From: an uncultured Acidobacteriota bacterium
GTDB taxonomy: Bacteria; Acidobacteriota; JAQAZP01
Reading direction: 5' to 3'
Assembly (NCBI GenBank): GCA_963836075.1
Contig: CAWIIB010000009.1
Span: forward strand, 128,001-192,000
Length of the DNA stretch: 64,000 nucleotides
Shown here one piece after another: positions 1 to 9,438 of this stretch. The position numbers were made by a program, and so were the translations under genes. Positions within the stretch are counted from its first letter, which is position 1. Each line of letters begins with the position of its first letter. The notes beneath the pieces were generated by a model. It saw only the letters and a program-made list of their open reading frames with translations. It was not told the DNA's origin and ran no database searches.

Positions 1-3000
1 CCAGCAGGGCCTGCTCGGTCCGCGCCTCCTCCACGTCGATGGCTGCGCGGAGCCGTCCGCCGGCAAAGATATTCCAGCTGACCGGCAGCCCGAATCCCCA
101 GGTGAGGCTGTCGCCACTGAACAGGTCGCCGCCGTCGGTGGCCTGCAGCCCCAGGAAACCGAACAGCGAAAACCGCGGGTAGAGGTCGGCAGTGCGGATA
201 CCGATCTGCTCGGCCTGCACGGCCAGGTACCGCTCGGCACTCCGGACATCCGGGCGCTGGCGGAGCAGCTCGGCGGGCAGGCCGGCGGCGACCTCCACCG
301 GCGGGACCGGAACGAGGGTGTCGGGTTCGAGTTCGACCGCGAGCTCGGCGTCGAGCGAGCCGGGATATTCGCCGAGGAGCACGGCCAGACGGTTGAGCGT
401 CCGCACCATGCCGGCCCTGAGCGGAGGGACCTGGGCTTCGGTGTTGGCCAAGTTCGACTCGGCCTGGGTGATGTCGAGCTGGGAGACCAGCCCGGCGTCG
501 AAGCGATCCTTCGTGATCTGCAGCGTCTCCTGCTGGATCAGGATGTTGGCTTCGGCGTAGGCCAGACGTTCCTGCAGCGACCTCAGCTCGAAATAGTTCA
601 GCCCCACTTCGGCGAGCAGGGTCACCAGCACGTCCCGGTAGTCCTCCACCGAGGCCTCGATGCCCACATCGGCGGCCCTGACACTGCGTCGGATGCGGCC
701 GAAGACGTCGATCTCCCAACTGGAGTCGGCACCGAGAGCGAAGAAATTGGCCGCCTCGGCCCCAGGCACCACGTTCCGGCTCTGCTCGCTGCGGTTGGCC
801 TCGCCCGTGGCCTGGACGCCGGGGTAGCGCTCCCCCCGGGCCACACCGTAGCTGGCCCGCGCCACCTCGATGCGCCACACTGCCTGCAGCAGGTCGAGGT
901 TGTCCGTCTCGGCGCGCTCGATCAGGCTGGTCAGTTGCGGGTCGTCAAAGACGGTCCACCAAGTCTGGAATGCGGCCTCCCCCGCCTCGACATCGGCGGT
1001 GGCCGTCTGCTGCCAGGCGTCGGGCATTTCCACCACCGGCGGCTGGTAGTTCGGGCCGACCAGGCAGCCGGTAAGGGGAAGGACCAGGAGGAGCAGGACC
1101 AGGCCGGCCGGGATGGCCTTCTTCTTCCCGCCCAGTTTCTCGGCCATCGTCTGCACCACGAAATAGAGCAGCGGGATGACGAACACGCCGGCGCAGGTAC
1201 CCACCAGCATGCCGCCGAACACCGCCGTGCCGAGGGAGACCCGGCTGTTGGCGCCGGCACCCGTGGCGATCACCAGCGGCATGACACCGAGGATGAACGA
1301 AAACGCGGTCATCAGGATGGCCCGGAACCGGAGCCGGGCCGCGGTGAGCGCCGCGTCGAAGATCGAGTTTCCCTCCTCGCGCAACTGCTTGGCAAACTCC
1401 ACGATCAGGATCGCGCTCTTGGAGCAGAGGCCGATGAGCAGGATCATGCCGATCTGGAAGTAGATGTCGTTGTCCAGCGAACGGGCCATGGTGAGCAGCA
1501 CGGCTCCGAGCACGGCCAGGGGCACCGAAAGCAGCACCGACAGCGGGGTGCTCCAGCTCTCGTATTGCGCGGAAAGGAAGAGGAAGACGAGGACGATGGC
1601 CAGGCCGAAAATCACCGGGGCCAGGTTCCCCGCGGCCTTCTGCTGCTGGGTCACCCCGGACCACTCGTAGCCGATGGACGATGGGGTCAGCTCGCGGGTG
1701 ATCCGCTCGATCTCGTCAACCGCCTGGCCCTCGGAGAAGCCGGGTGTCGGCGAACCGGTGATCGTGGCCGAGGGGAACATGTTGAAACGGTTCACGGTCT
1801 CCGGCCCAACGCTGCTCGACACCCGGACCAAAGTGCTCAGCGGCACCATTTTTCCATCAGAGCTGCGCACCTCCAACCGGCTGATATCCTCGGGATCCAT
1901 GCGAAACTGCTGGTCCGCCTGGACCATCACCCGCCAGGTGCGGCCGAAGATGTTGAAGTCGTTGACGTAGGCCGAACCGAGGCTGGCCTGCAGGGTGTCG
2001 AAGACCCACTGCAGGGGGACGTTCATCCGCTTGGTCTTTTCCCGGTCCACGTCGGCGTAAAGCTGGGGCACACCGGCACGGAGGTTCTGGTTGAGCCGGG
2101 TCAGTTGCGGGCTGGCCGTGCCGGTGGCGAGGATGTCGTTGGCCACCTGCTCCAGCAGGACCAGCCCGGCGCCGCCGCGGTCCTGCAGCTCCATCTGAAA
2201 GCCCCCGGCGGCCCCGAGGCCGGAGATTGGCGGCGGGCCGAAGGCGAAGACGATACCCTCCTCGATCTGGGCCAACCGCGGCTGGACCATGGCCATCAGC
2301 TGGGGGACGGTATGCTCACGTTCATCCCAGTGTTCGAGGGTGGCGATGGCGAAGCCGTAGTTCGATCCCTGGATCGCGTCGAGCATCGAGTAACCGCCGA
2401 CGCTCAGGACGTTTTTCACGCCGGGCATGTCCAGCAGGATCTCCTCCATCTCCCCGACTATGTCGTTCGTCCGCTCCAGTGCTGCGCTGGCCGGCAGCTG
2501 GGCATTGACGTAGAAATAGCCCTCGTCCTCGCTGGGCACGAATCCGGCGGGCAGCCGGGTGAGCCCGAAACCGGCAGCGACCAGCAGAATGAGGACCGCC
2601 ACAACGGCCAGCCCGGCCCGCCGGATCAGCCCTCGCACCGCGCCGGTGTACCCATTGGTGCCCCGGTCAAATGCCGAGTTGAACCACTTGAAGAAACCCC
2701 GCCGGATCTTGGGTGACGGCCGGAGCAGCAGGCCGCAAAGGGCCGGGCTGAGGGTCAGCGCGTTGATCGAGGAGAAGATGGTGGCCACCGAAATGGTGAT
2801 GGCGAAGGGGCGATACATCCGGCCGGTGAGGCCGGGCAGGAACAGCGAGGGGACGAAGACCGCCAGCAGTACCAGGGTGGTGGCGACAATGGCGCCCCCC
2901 ACCTCACCCATCGCCTTCGACGTCGCCTCTTTTGCCGACAGGCCCTCGGTATCCATCAACCGCATGGTGTTCTCCACCACCACGATGGCATCGTCCACCA

Positions 3001-4225
3001 CGATGCCGATGGCCAGCACCAGTCCGAAGAGGGTCAGGTTGTTGATCGACTGCCCGGTGGCCAGCATCACGGCGAAGGTGCCGATCAGCGACACCGGAAT
3101 GGTCACCGCCGGCACCAGGGTGGTGCGCCAGTCCTGGAGGAAGATCCAGACGGTGAAGATCACCAGCAGGATGGCCACCAGCAGAGTTTCCACCACCTCG
3201 CTGATCGACTGGCTGATATACTCCGTGGAGTCGTAGGGGATCGACCATTCGAGCCCTTCGGGGAAGTTGTGCGAGAGCTCCTCCATCACCTCCTTGATGC
3301 CGTCGGCCACGGCCAGCGCGTTGGATCCGGGGATCTGGTTGACCCCGAGCATCGCGGTGGGGGAGCCGTCCAGGTGAGCGTACCAGGCATAGGTCTGGGA
3401 ACCGAGCTCGACCCGGGCGACGTCGCGCAGGCGGACCACCTGCCCCTGTTCGCCCCGCTTGACGATGATGTTCTGGAACTGCTCGGGATCCTCCAGCCGC
3501 CCCAGGGTGGTCACCGTGTATTCGAAGCTCTGCCCGCCCGTGGTGGGCGGCTCGCCGATTTTGCCCGCGGCCACCTGGACGTTCTGCTCGCGCAGCGCGG
3601 CGACGATGTCGTTGGTGGTCAGCCCGCGGGCCTTGAGCCGCAATGGGTTGAGCCAGACCCGCATGCCGAAGTCCTTGGCCCCATACACCGTGACCTCGCC
3701 CACGCCATCCACCCGGGCGATGACGTCCTTGATCTGGGTGGTGGCGTAGTTGGAGAGGAACATGTCGTCATAGCGGCCGTCCGGTGAATAGAGGGTGGTC
3801 GCCAGCACCATCTTGGTCGACTTCTTCTTGACCTTGACCCCCTGGCGCTTGACCTCCTCGGGCAGCAGGGGTTCGGCCACCGCCACCCGGTTCTGCACCA
3901 GTACCGTGGCCATGTCCACGTCGGTGCCCACCTCGAAGTAGACGGTGAGGGAGTAGGTACCGCTGGCCGCGCTCTTCGACGACATGTAGAGCATGTCCTC
4001 GACGCCGTTGATCTCCTGCTCGATGGGCTGGGCCACGGTCTGGGCCAGTACTTCGGCGCTGGCCCCGGGGTAACTGGTGCTCACCTCAACGGTGGGCGGG
4101 GTGATTTCCGGCATGCTTTCCACCGGCAGGATGGGGATGGACAGCACCCCGACAAGGACGATGACGATGGCGATAACCAGGGCGAAGACCGGCCGGTAGA
4201 TGAAGAAGTGACTGAACCCGCCCAT
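1..4225 (-). CDS. HAE1-family RND efflux permease fused in frame to a NodT/TolC-type outer-membrane lipoprotein; 3' end runs off the window
   Basis: ATG at 4225 gives MGGFSHFFIYRPVFALVIAIVIVLVG..., a typical RND N-terminus. The RND C-terminal helix GVFVIPLLYFVVQ continues without a stop into TMAEKLGGKKKAIPAGLVLLLLVLPLTG-C-LVGPNYQPP (lipobox Cys at 1064-1066), then OMF motifs such as LLRQRPDVRSAER and ADLYPRFSL. Both ends share a frame. It is absent from the ORF track, consistent with a frame open to the edge. Confidence 0.9.
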   Translation of the reverse strand, partial: MGGFSHFFIYRPVFALVIAIVIVLVGVLSIPILPVESMPEITPPTVEVSTSYPGASAEVLAQTVAQPIEQEINGVEDMLYMSSKSAASGTYSLTVYFEVGTDVDMATVLVQNRVAVAEPLLPEEVKRQGVKVKKKSTKMVLATTLYSPDGRYDDMFLSNYATTQIKDVIARVDGVGEVTVYGAKDFGMRVWLNPLRLKARGLTTNDIVAALREQNVQVAAGKIGEPPTTGGQSFEYTVTTLGRLEDPEQFQNIIVKRGEQGQVVRLRDVARVELGSQTYAWYAHLDGSPTAMLGVNQIPGSNALAVADGIKEVMEELSHNFPEGLEWSIPYDSTEYISQSISEVVETLLVAILLVIFTVWIFLQDWRTTLVPAVTIPVSLIGTFAVMLATGQSINNLTLFGLVLAIGIVVDDAIVVVENTMRLMDTEGLSAKEATSKAMGEVGGAIVATTLVLLAVFVPSLFLPGLTGRMYRPFAITISVATIFSSINALTLSPALCGLLLRPSPKIRRGFFKWFNSAFDRGTNGYTGAVRGLIRRAGLAVVAVLILLVAAGFGLTRLPAGFVPSEDEGYFYVNAQLPASAALERTNDIVGEMEEILLDMPGVKNVLSVGGYSMLDAIQGSNYGFAIATLEHWDEREHTVPQLMAMVQPRLAQIEEGIVFAFGPPPISGLGAAGGFQMELQDRGGAGLVLLEQVANDILATGTASPQLTRLNQNLRAGVPQLYADVDREKTKRMNVPLQWVFDTLQASLGSAYVNDFNIFGRTWRVMVQADQQFRMDPEDISRLEVRSSDGKMVPLSTLVRVSSSVGPETVNRFNMFPSATITGSPTPGFSEGQAVDEIERITRELTPSSIGYEWSGVTQQQKAAGNLAPVIFGLAIVLVFLFLSAQYESWSTPLSVLLSVPLAVLGAVLLTMARSLDNDIYFQIGMILLIGLCSKSAILIVEFAKQLREEGNSIFDAALTAARLRFRAILMTAFSFILGVMPLVIATGAGANSRVSLGTAVFGGMLVGTCAGVFVIPLLYFVVQTMAEKLGGKKKAIPAGLVLLLLVLPLTGCLVGPNYQPPVVEMPDAWQQTATADVEAGEAAFQTWWTVFDDPQLTSLIERAETDNLDLLQAVWRIEVARASYGVARGERYPGVQATGEANRSEQSRNVVPGAEAANFFALGADSSWEIDVFGRIRRSVRAADVGIEASVEDYRDVLVTLLAEVGLNYFELRSLQERLAYAEANILIQQETLQITKDRFDAGLVSQLDITQAESNLANTEAQVPPLRAGMVRTLNRLAVLLGEYPGSLDAELAVELEPDTLVPVPPVEVAAGLPAELLRQRPDVRSAERYLAVQAEQIGIRTADLYPRFSLFGFLGLQATDGGDLFSGDSLTWGFGLPVSWNIFAGGRLRAAIDVEEARTEQALL

Positions 4226-4227
4226 GC

Positions 4228-5373
4228 CTATGCTCCTTCCGGCGTGGTCTTCGGCGTCACCGGCAGCCCGGGCCGGGCCCGCAGCAGGCCGTCCACGATG
4301 TAGCGTTCGCCCGCCTCGATGCCCTCTCGGACCACCACATCTCCCTCAACCGACGGGCCGAGTTCCACGCTGCGCTGTTCGACCACATTGCCCTCGCCGA
4401 CGACATAGAGATACTTTCCCCCGAGATCTGTTCCCAAAGCCCGCTCCTCGACCACCACCGCACCCTTGAGCGTCTCGGCTTCAAGCTGCACGGCGACGAA
4501 GAACCCGGGGAAGATCAGGGCCTCGGGATTGGGAAAGACACCGCGTACGGATATCGTGCCGGTACCGGTGTCGACGGCATTGTCGAACGAGTCGATTTTC
4601 CCCTCGATCTCGTGGCCGGTCTCCTCCAGGACCAGATTGACCACCACCCTCTCCTCAGATGGTCTGGACTCGGCTTTGTGTCCTCCCCGCAAATTCAGGA
4701 TGCGGGCAAAGGTGCGTTCATCCACCTCGAAGTAGGCGTAGATAGGGTCAATGGTCCGCACAGTGGCCAGCACGGTGGTGCCGGTTTGCCCAACCAGGTT
4801 GCCGGCGTCCACCAGGTGCCGGCTGATCAGTCCGTCGATGGGCGAGGTGATAGTGGTGTAGCCCAGTTCGATCTCGGCGTTCTGCAGTTCGGTCCGGGAA
4901 GCCTGCAGGGCCGCTTCGGCCTGGTCGCGCTCGGCCCGGGCCCGGGTGACCTCCTGCTGGCTCACCGCGTTGGTCTTCACTGCCTGTTCGAGCCGATCCA
5001 GGTCCGACTCGGCCCGGCGGAGCGCCGCCTCGGCGGAAGCGATGTTGGCCCGGGCCCGGTCCCGCCGGGCGATGAACGGCGCCTGTTCGATGACGAACAG
5101 GGTCTGGCCCTTCCTGACAAAGGTGCTCGGTTCGAAGCGGATCTGCTCGAGGAAGCCCTGCACCCGGGCGACGATGTCCACCGATTTGACCGCCTCGGTG
5201 GTGCCGCTGAACTCCACCACGTTGGTCACGTCACGCACCTCGGGGAGCGCCACCACCACTTCTGGCGGGGCGGGTGGCGGCGGGGCCGCGGTCTGCCCGC
5301 ACCCGGCAGCGGCAAAGAGCAGCACGATGATGGCCCACCTGTATCGCATCAACCGATCGATGTTCATCTCCAT
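4228..5373 (-). CDS. RND efflux periplasmic adaptor (membrane fusion protein), lipoprotein
   Basis: Lipobox LLFAAAG-C. MFP motifs VDIVARVQGFL, LGYTTITSPIDGLI and GLLRARPG. Start is at 5373 or 5367; the ORF track extension to 5562 is unlikely. Confidence 0.92.
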   Translation of the reverse strand: MEMNIDRLMRYRWAIIVLLFAAAGCGQTAAPPPPAPPEVVVALPEVRDVTNVVEFSGTTEAVKSVDIVARVQGFLEQIRFEPSTFVRKGQTLFVIEQAPFIARRDRARANIASAEAALRRAESDLDRLEQAVKTNAVSQQEVTRARAERDQAEAALQASRTELQNAEIELGYTTITSPIDGLISRHLVDAGNLVGQTGTTVLATVRTIDPIYAYFEVDERTFARILNLRGGHKAESRPSEERVVVNLVLEETGHEIEGKIDSFDNAVDTGTGTISVRGVFPNPEALIFPGFFVAVQLEAETLKGAVVVEERALGTDLGGKYLYVVGEGNVVEQRSVELGPSVEGDVVVREGIEAGERYIVDGLLRARPGLPVTPKTTPEGA

Positions 5374-5582
5374 CCCTTTCTCGAGGCGGCGCTGCCCCCT
5401 GGATGCCCCGGCAGTCGCGTCCGGAAGGAAGGTTGCAGACATTTTCGCGTCCTGATGAAACAGAATCTCACGATGAAAACACGTACTATTCTCACTGAAT
5501 CCTGTTGATGGCAAAGAGAATACAGGATACCAAGACGGGTGCGCAACAGACTGTCTTTGCATTGGGCAAACGTGGCGCCCCG

Positions 5583-6521
5583 CTAATCCCTCACATCGAA
5601 CAGTTGCACGCTGAACATGGAGCGATCGTCGGTCCAGATTTCCGTACGTTCAAAACCAGCGCGGCCGGCCAGCCCGGCAAACTCGTCGGGAGTGTACTTG
5701 TGGGAGTTCTCGGTGTGGATGGTCTCCCCTTCGGCGAAGTGAATCTCGACGCCACCGATGGTGAAGGAGAGGTCCCGGGTGCAGCGCAGGTGCATCTCGA
5801 TCCGGCCCTCGCTCTCGTTATAGAAGGCGAGGTGCTCGAAGGCCCCCAGGTCCAGGTCGGCGCCCAGCTCGTTTTTCATCCGTTGCAGCAGGTTGAGGTT
5901 GAACTCGGCAGTGACCCCGGCACTGTCGTTGTATGCCCGTTCCAGAACCGCCCTGTCCTTCTTCAGGTCCACACCGATGAGCAGCCCGCCGCCGGCACCA
6001 CAGATGGCGGCGATACGGTGCAGCAGATCAACGCTCTCCTGGTGAGTGAAATTTCCGATGGTCGACCCGGGGAAGTAGACCAGTTGCCGCCGGGCCGGCC
6101 GCGGTGGGTCGGGCAGGATGAAGTCGCCAAAAAAATCGGCGTGGACCGGCTGCACCGGTATCTGCGGATAGAGCCGGTGGAGCTCGGCTGCCGTCTGCTG
6201 CAGCATCTCGCCGGAGATGTCCACCGGCACATAGGAGACAGGGAGGTCCAGATACTTGAGCAGCATTCTGGTCTTCAAACCGCTGCCGCTGCCCAGTTCG
6301 ATAACCCGGGCATTGGGCCCGATCAGCCCCGCCATCTCCGGGCAGCGGAGCTGCATGATCCGCAGTTCGGTCCTGGTGGGGTAGTACTCCGGCAGCTCGC
6401 AGATCTCCTCGAAGAGCTCCGCGCCCCGCCGGTCATAGAAGTATTTTGGTGAAATCCTCTTCGGCTGGGAGCGGAGCCCCGCGATGGCGTCTTCGAGAAA
6501 TGTGGCAGGTTCCTGATTCAT
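5583..6521 (-). CDS. egtD: L-histidine N-alpha-methyltransferase
   Basis: PKYFYD..GAELFEEICELPEYYPTRTE, ELGSGSGLKT, FPGSTIGN, AYNDSAGVTAEFNLN, IHTENSHKY; adjacent to egtB. Confidence 0.95.
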   Translation of the reverse strand: MNQEPATFLEDAIAGLRSQPKRISPKYFYDRRGAELFEEICELPEYYPTRTELRIMQLRCPEMAGLIGPNARVIELGSGSGLKTRMLLKYLDLPVSYVPVDISGEMLQQTAAELHRLYPQIPVQPVHADFFGDFILPDPPRPARRQLVYFPGSTIGNFTHQESVDLLHRIAAICGAGGGLLIGVDLKKDRAVLERAYNDSAGVTAEFNLNLLQRMKNELGADLDLGAFEHLAFYNESEGRIEMHLRCTRDLSFTIGGVEIHFAEGETIHTENSHKYTPDEFAGLAGRAGFERTEIWTDDRSMFSVQLFDVRD

Positions 6522-7799
6522 CCCTCATCCCTGGCCAGACGGATCCCGGTGAACTGCCAGCGGGCATCCGGGTGAAAGAAATTGCGGTAGGTGGCCCGGA
6601 TGTGATTCCCGGGCGTGGCGCAGGAGCCGCCGCGCAGCACGAACTGGCTGCACATGAACTTGCCGTTGTACTCCCCCACCGCCCCCTCGGCGGGCCGGAA
6701 CCCGGGATAGGGCCGGTACGGGCTCTGGGTCCACTCCCAGAGATCCCCGAAGGCCTGGCGGATCGGAGCGTCACCGTCAGCCGGGCATATCGTGGGGTGC
6801 AGGCACCCGCTCTCGACAAAATTTCCCTCCCGGGGGAGCGGCTCACAGGCCGTCTCCCACTCGGCCTCGCCCGGGAGCCGCGCACCGGCCCAGCGGGCGA
6901 AAGCCTCGGCTTCGTAAAAACTGACGTGGCACACCGGTTCCCCCCCGGCCACCGGCCGCGGGCCCCGGAGGGTGAACAGCTGCCAGTCCGCACCGTCGGC
7001 ACTCCAGTAGAGCGGCGCCTGCCAGCCGCGGGCCCGGACCGTGGCCCAGCCCTCGTCGAGCCACAGCTCCGGCCGCCGGTACCCGTCGTCGGCCATGAAC
7101 TCCTGGTATTCGGCGCAGGTCACCAGTCGGTCGGTGATGGCGAAGGGGCCGACGAACCGCCGGTGCCGCGGCGATTCGTTGTCAAAGGCGAAATCCTCTC
7201 CCTCGAAACCGACCTCACGCATGCCTTCGCCAAACGACTGCCACCCGGCCGGGCCGGGCATGGGGACGGGTGAATGTTCATCCGCCGCCGATCGGTAGGA
7301 CGGCTGCAGCGGGTTGAGCGACAGCAGGTGCTTGATGTCGGTGAGGATCAGTTCCTGGTGCTGCTGTTCGTGGTTCAGGCCCAGGGTGAAAAGGAACCCT
7401 AACCGGTCATCCTTTTCGACGGCGGGCCCGGAAAGCAGGTCGAGCATCCGTTGGTCCACGTGCCGGCGGTAGCGGTGCACCTCCTCCAGTGTGGGCCGGG
7501 TCATCAGCCCCCGCCGGGGCCGGGCCGTCCGATCACCCACCGCGTTGTAGTAGGAGTTGAACAGATAGGAGTAGAGGGGATGAAAATGGTCGGTACGCGG
7601 GCAGGTGGTGCTGGAGGATGAACTCCTCGAAGAACCAGCTGGTGTGCGCCAGGTGCCACTTGGCCGGGCTGGCCGTGGTCATCGACTGGGGCACGTGGTC
7701 CTCCACGGCCAACGGCCGGCAGAGGTCGATGGTGGCCTGCCGCACCAGACGGTATTCAGCGGCCCGTGCTTCCCTGCTTTCAGAAGCAGTGCTGGACAT
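6518..7799 (-). CDS. egtB: Ergothioneine sulfoxide synthase (DinB-like + FGE-sulfatase domains), split by a +1 frameshift near 7583-7586
   Basis: N-part has ASPAKWHLAHTSWFFE. C-part has GLNHEQQHQELILTD and GEYNGKFMCSQFVLRGGSC. Removing one base from the A4 run at 7583-7586 restores PFHPLYSYLFNSYYNAVG. Confidence 0.9.
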
Positions 7800-7908
7800 C
7801 TTCCCTTCCTTCTCCCGTCACATCACTTGTCCGTGAACTGATAATCTGCATGGAAGAAAGGGTATCAGATAGTGGCTGAATCCGAAAATCCGCGCCGCCT
7901 GGACAGCC

Positions 7909-8610
7909 TCAATTGGCCTTGATATCCCGGTCCGCCGTCTCACCCCAGTGGATGAGGAAAAACTTCTTCTCCTGGCTGAGGAACTCGGGGGATGTGCCCA
8001 CCAGTGGCCTGAGGGTGGTACTCATCTGCACCATGGTCAGCAGGAAGACCAGGCACCAGAGAGCAACGATGTGCGGTTTCGCCGCCCGCAGGGCCCGCAG
8101 CCCCTGGCTCACGTAACGGATGCCGATGGCGAAGCTGACCAGCCAGATCAGCAGGTGGATGACGCCCATGAAGGCAACGGAGTTGGTGGAGCAGGTGAAG
8201 ATGAAGGCCACCGGAACAAAGCCCAGCAACAGCACACCCACCAGGGCCAGTGACCCGGCCAGCAGGGCCATGGCCTGCCCCGGACGGATGTCCGCACCGC
8301 TGAGACAGGAGAAGATGAACAGGCTGGGATAGCAGAGCAGGGCGGCCAGCAGCATCCCCACCGCCACCTTCACCGCCGCGGCCAGCCACTGGGGGTGGCC
8401 GGAGAAGCCGCCCATGATCGCCCCGTAGACCAGAAAACAGGCCATGGCCAACCAGAAGAGCATCAGGGTGGTCCGGCGGTCGCGGCCCTCGCGCACCTGG
8501 TTCACCAGCTCCCCCGGGCGCTTGAGCAGCGCCTCAACCACCGGCATCAGCCCCGGAGAATCCAGCAGGTCCTTCTGTTCCTCAACCCCGTTCGTTTCGT
8601 CGACGTTCAT
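7909..8610 (-). CDS. Uncharacterised multi-pass membrane protein (Yip1-like topology), paralog of the upstream gene
   Basis: About five hydrophobic segments; C-terminal QMSTTLRPLVG; RBS GGAGG before the ATG. Confidence 0.75.
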   Translation of the reverse strand: MNVDETNGVEEQKDLLDSPGLMPVVEALLKRPGELVNQVREGRDRRTTLMLFWLAMACFLVYGAIMGGFSGHPQWLAAAVKVAVGMLLAALLCYPSLFIFSCLSGADIRPGQAMALLAGSLALVGVLLLGFVPVAFIFTCSTNSVAFMGVIHLLIWLVSFAIGIRYVSQGLRALRAAKPHIVALWCLVFLLTMVQMSTTLRPLVGTSPEFLSQEKKFFLIHWGETADRDIKAN

Positions 8611-8642
8611 TGTCTGCCTCCAGTAGGTTGTGCCTCGCCGGC

Positions 8643-9347
8643 TCAGGTGAAACGGCTGAATATCACCGTGATAATGTTTTCATAAAAGCTGCCGTCAAAA
8701 GGGTGCTCCCGGAGAAAGCGCACCGGCAGCCCGGGAGACCCCACAAAGGGCCGCATGTTCCAGGAAACCTGGCAGCCGACGATCATGTTCAGCACCAGCC
8801 AGGCGCCCAGCACCTGGAGGGCCTTCATCCCGCCACCGCAAACCCTCCGCAGCAGGGAGAAAAACCGGATGTTGACCCCCACCCCGGCCGCGGCGATGAG
8901 CGCCACGTGAAAGAGGAGCAGCACGCTGTGGGCGGTCTGTGTGGCGGCCGAGCCCATGGGCGGCAGGTTGAACCACAGGAAAAGGGAGACCGGGGTCAGC
9001 GAGCCGAGGATCAGCGCCAGCAGGGCAAAGCTGATCATCACCGCAATGAAACTCTGGCGGAAGGTGAGCCCGGTGCCCAGGATCTGGGCCAGCATGCCGT
9101 TGATAACTGCGTTTATCAGCGCGGTGATCAGCACGATCAGCGGGAACTTGAGGCCGACGTAGAGCCCCATCAGCGGGTCCCGCCAGAGCCCCACCGAAAA
9201 GCCGTAGACACCGCTGCCCAGGACCAGCAGCAGGAAGCAGAGGGCCAGGCTGCCGCTGCCCGGCTCCAGCCAGCCGGCCAGCTCGTCCGGCTCGGCGCGG
9301 CAAAGCCGGATGGTGCGGGCCCAGGTTTTCTCGAGATATCTCTTCAT
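8643..9347 (-). CDS. Uncharacterised multi-pass membrane protein (Yip1-like topology)
   Basis: RBS GGGAGGAG before the ATG at 9347; hydrophobic segments; QVSWNMRPFVGSP resembles the motif in the neighbouring gene. Confidence 0.75.
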   Translation of the reverse strand: MKRYLEKTWARTIRLCRAEPDELAGWLEPGSGSLALCFLLLVLGSGVYGFSVGLWRDPLMGLYVGLKFPLIVLITALINAVINGMLAQILGTGLTFRQSFIAVMISFALLALILGSLTPVSLFLWFNLPPMGSAATQTAHSVLLLFHVALIAAAGVGVNIRFFSLLRRVCGGGMKALQVLGAWLVLNMIVGCQVSWNMRPFVGSPGLPVRFLREHPFDGSFYENIITVIFSRFT

Positions 9348-9379
9348 CGAATCTCCTCCCACTCACCTTCTGCTCCAGA

Positions 9380-9411
9380 TATACGGAATCGATGTGCAGA
9401 TTGCGTGCAGG
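9380..9411 (-). promoter_or_regulatory. Candidate response-regulator box TGCAC-N6-TGCAC with adjacent -10-like element (copy 1)
   Basis: 29 of 32 nt identical to 10845-10876; GTGCA at 9394 and 9405 (11-bp period). Confidence 0.7.
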
Positions 9412-9438
9412 TGATGAGGCGATTCAATGGAAAGGGTT

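Noticed and set aside
935-2716. 593-aa plus-strand ORF and many other long antisense ORFs (e.g. 22657-24510, 41579-43918, 50688-52325)
   Set aside because: These are shadow ORFs opposite well-supported genes, common in high-GC DNA, and they carry no family motifs.
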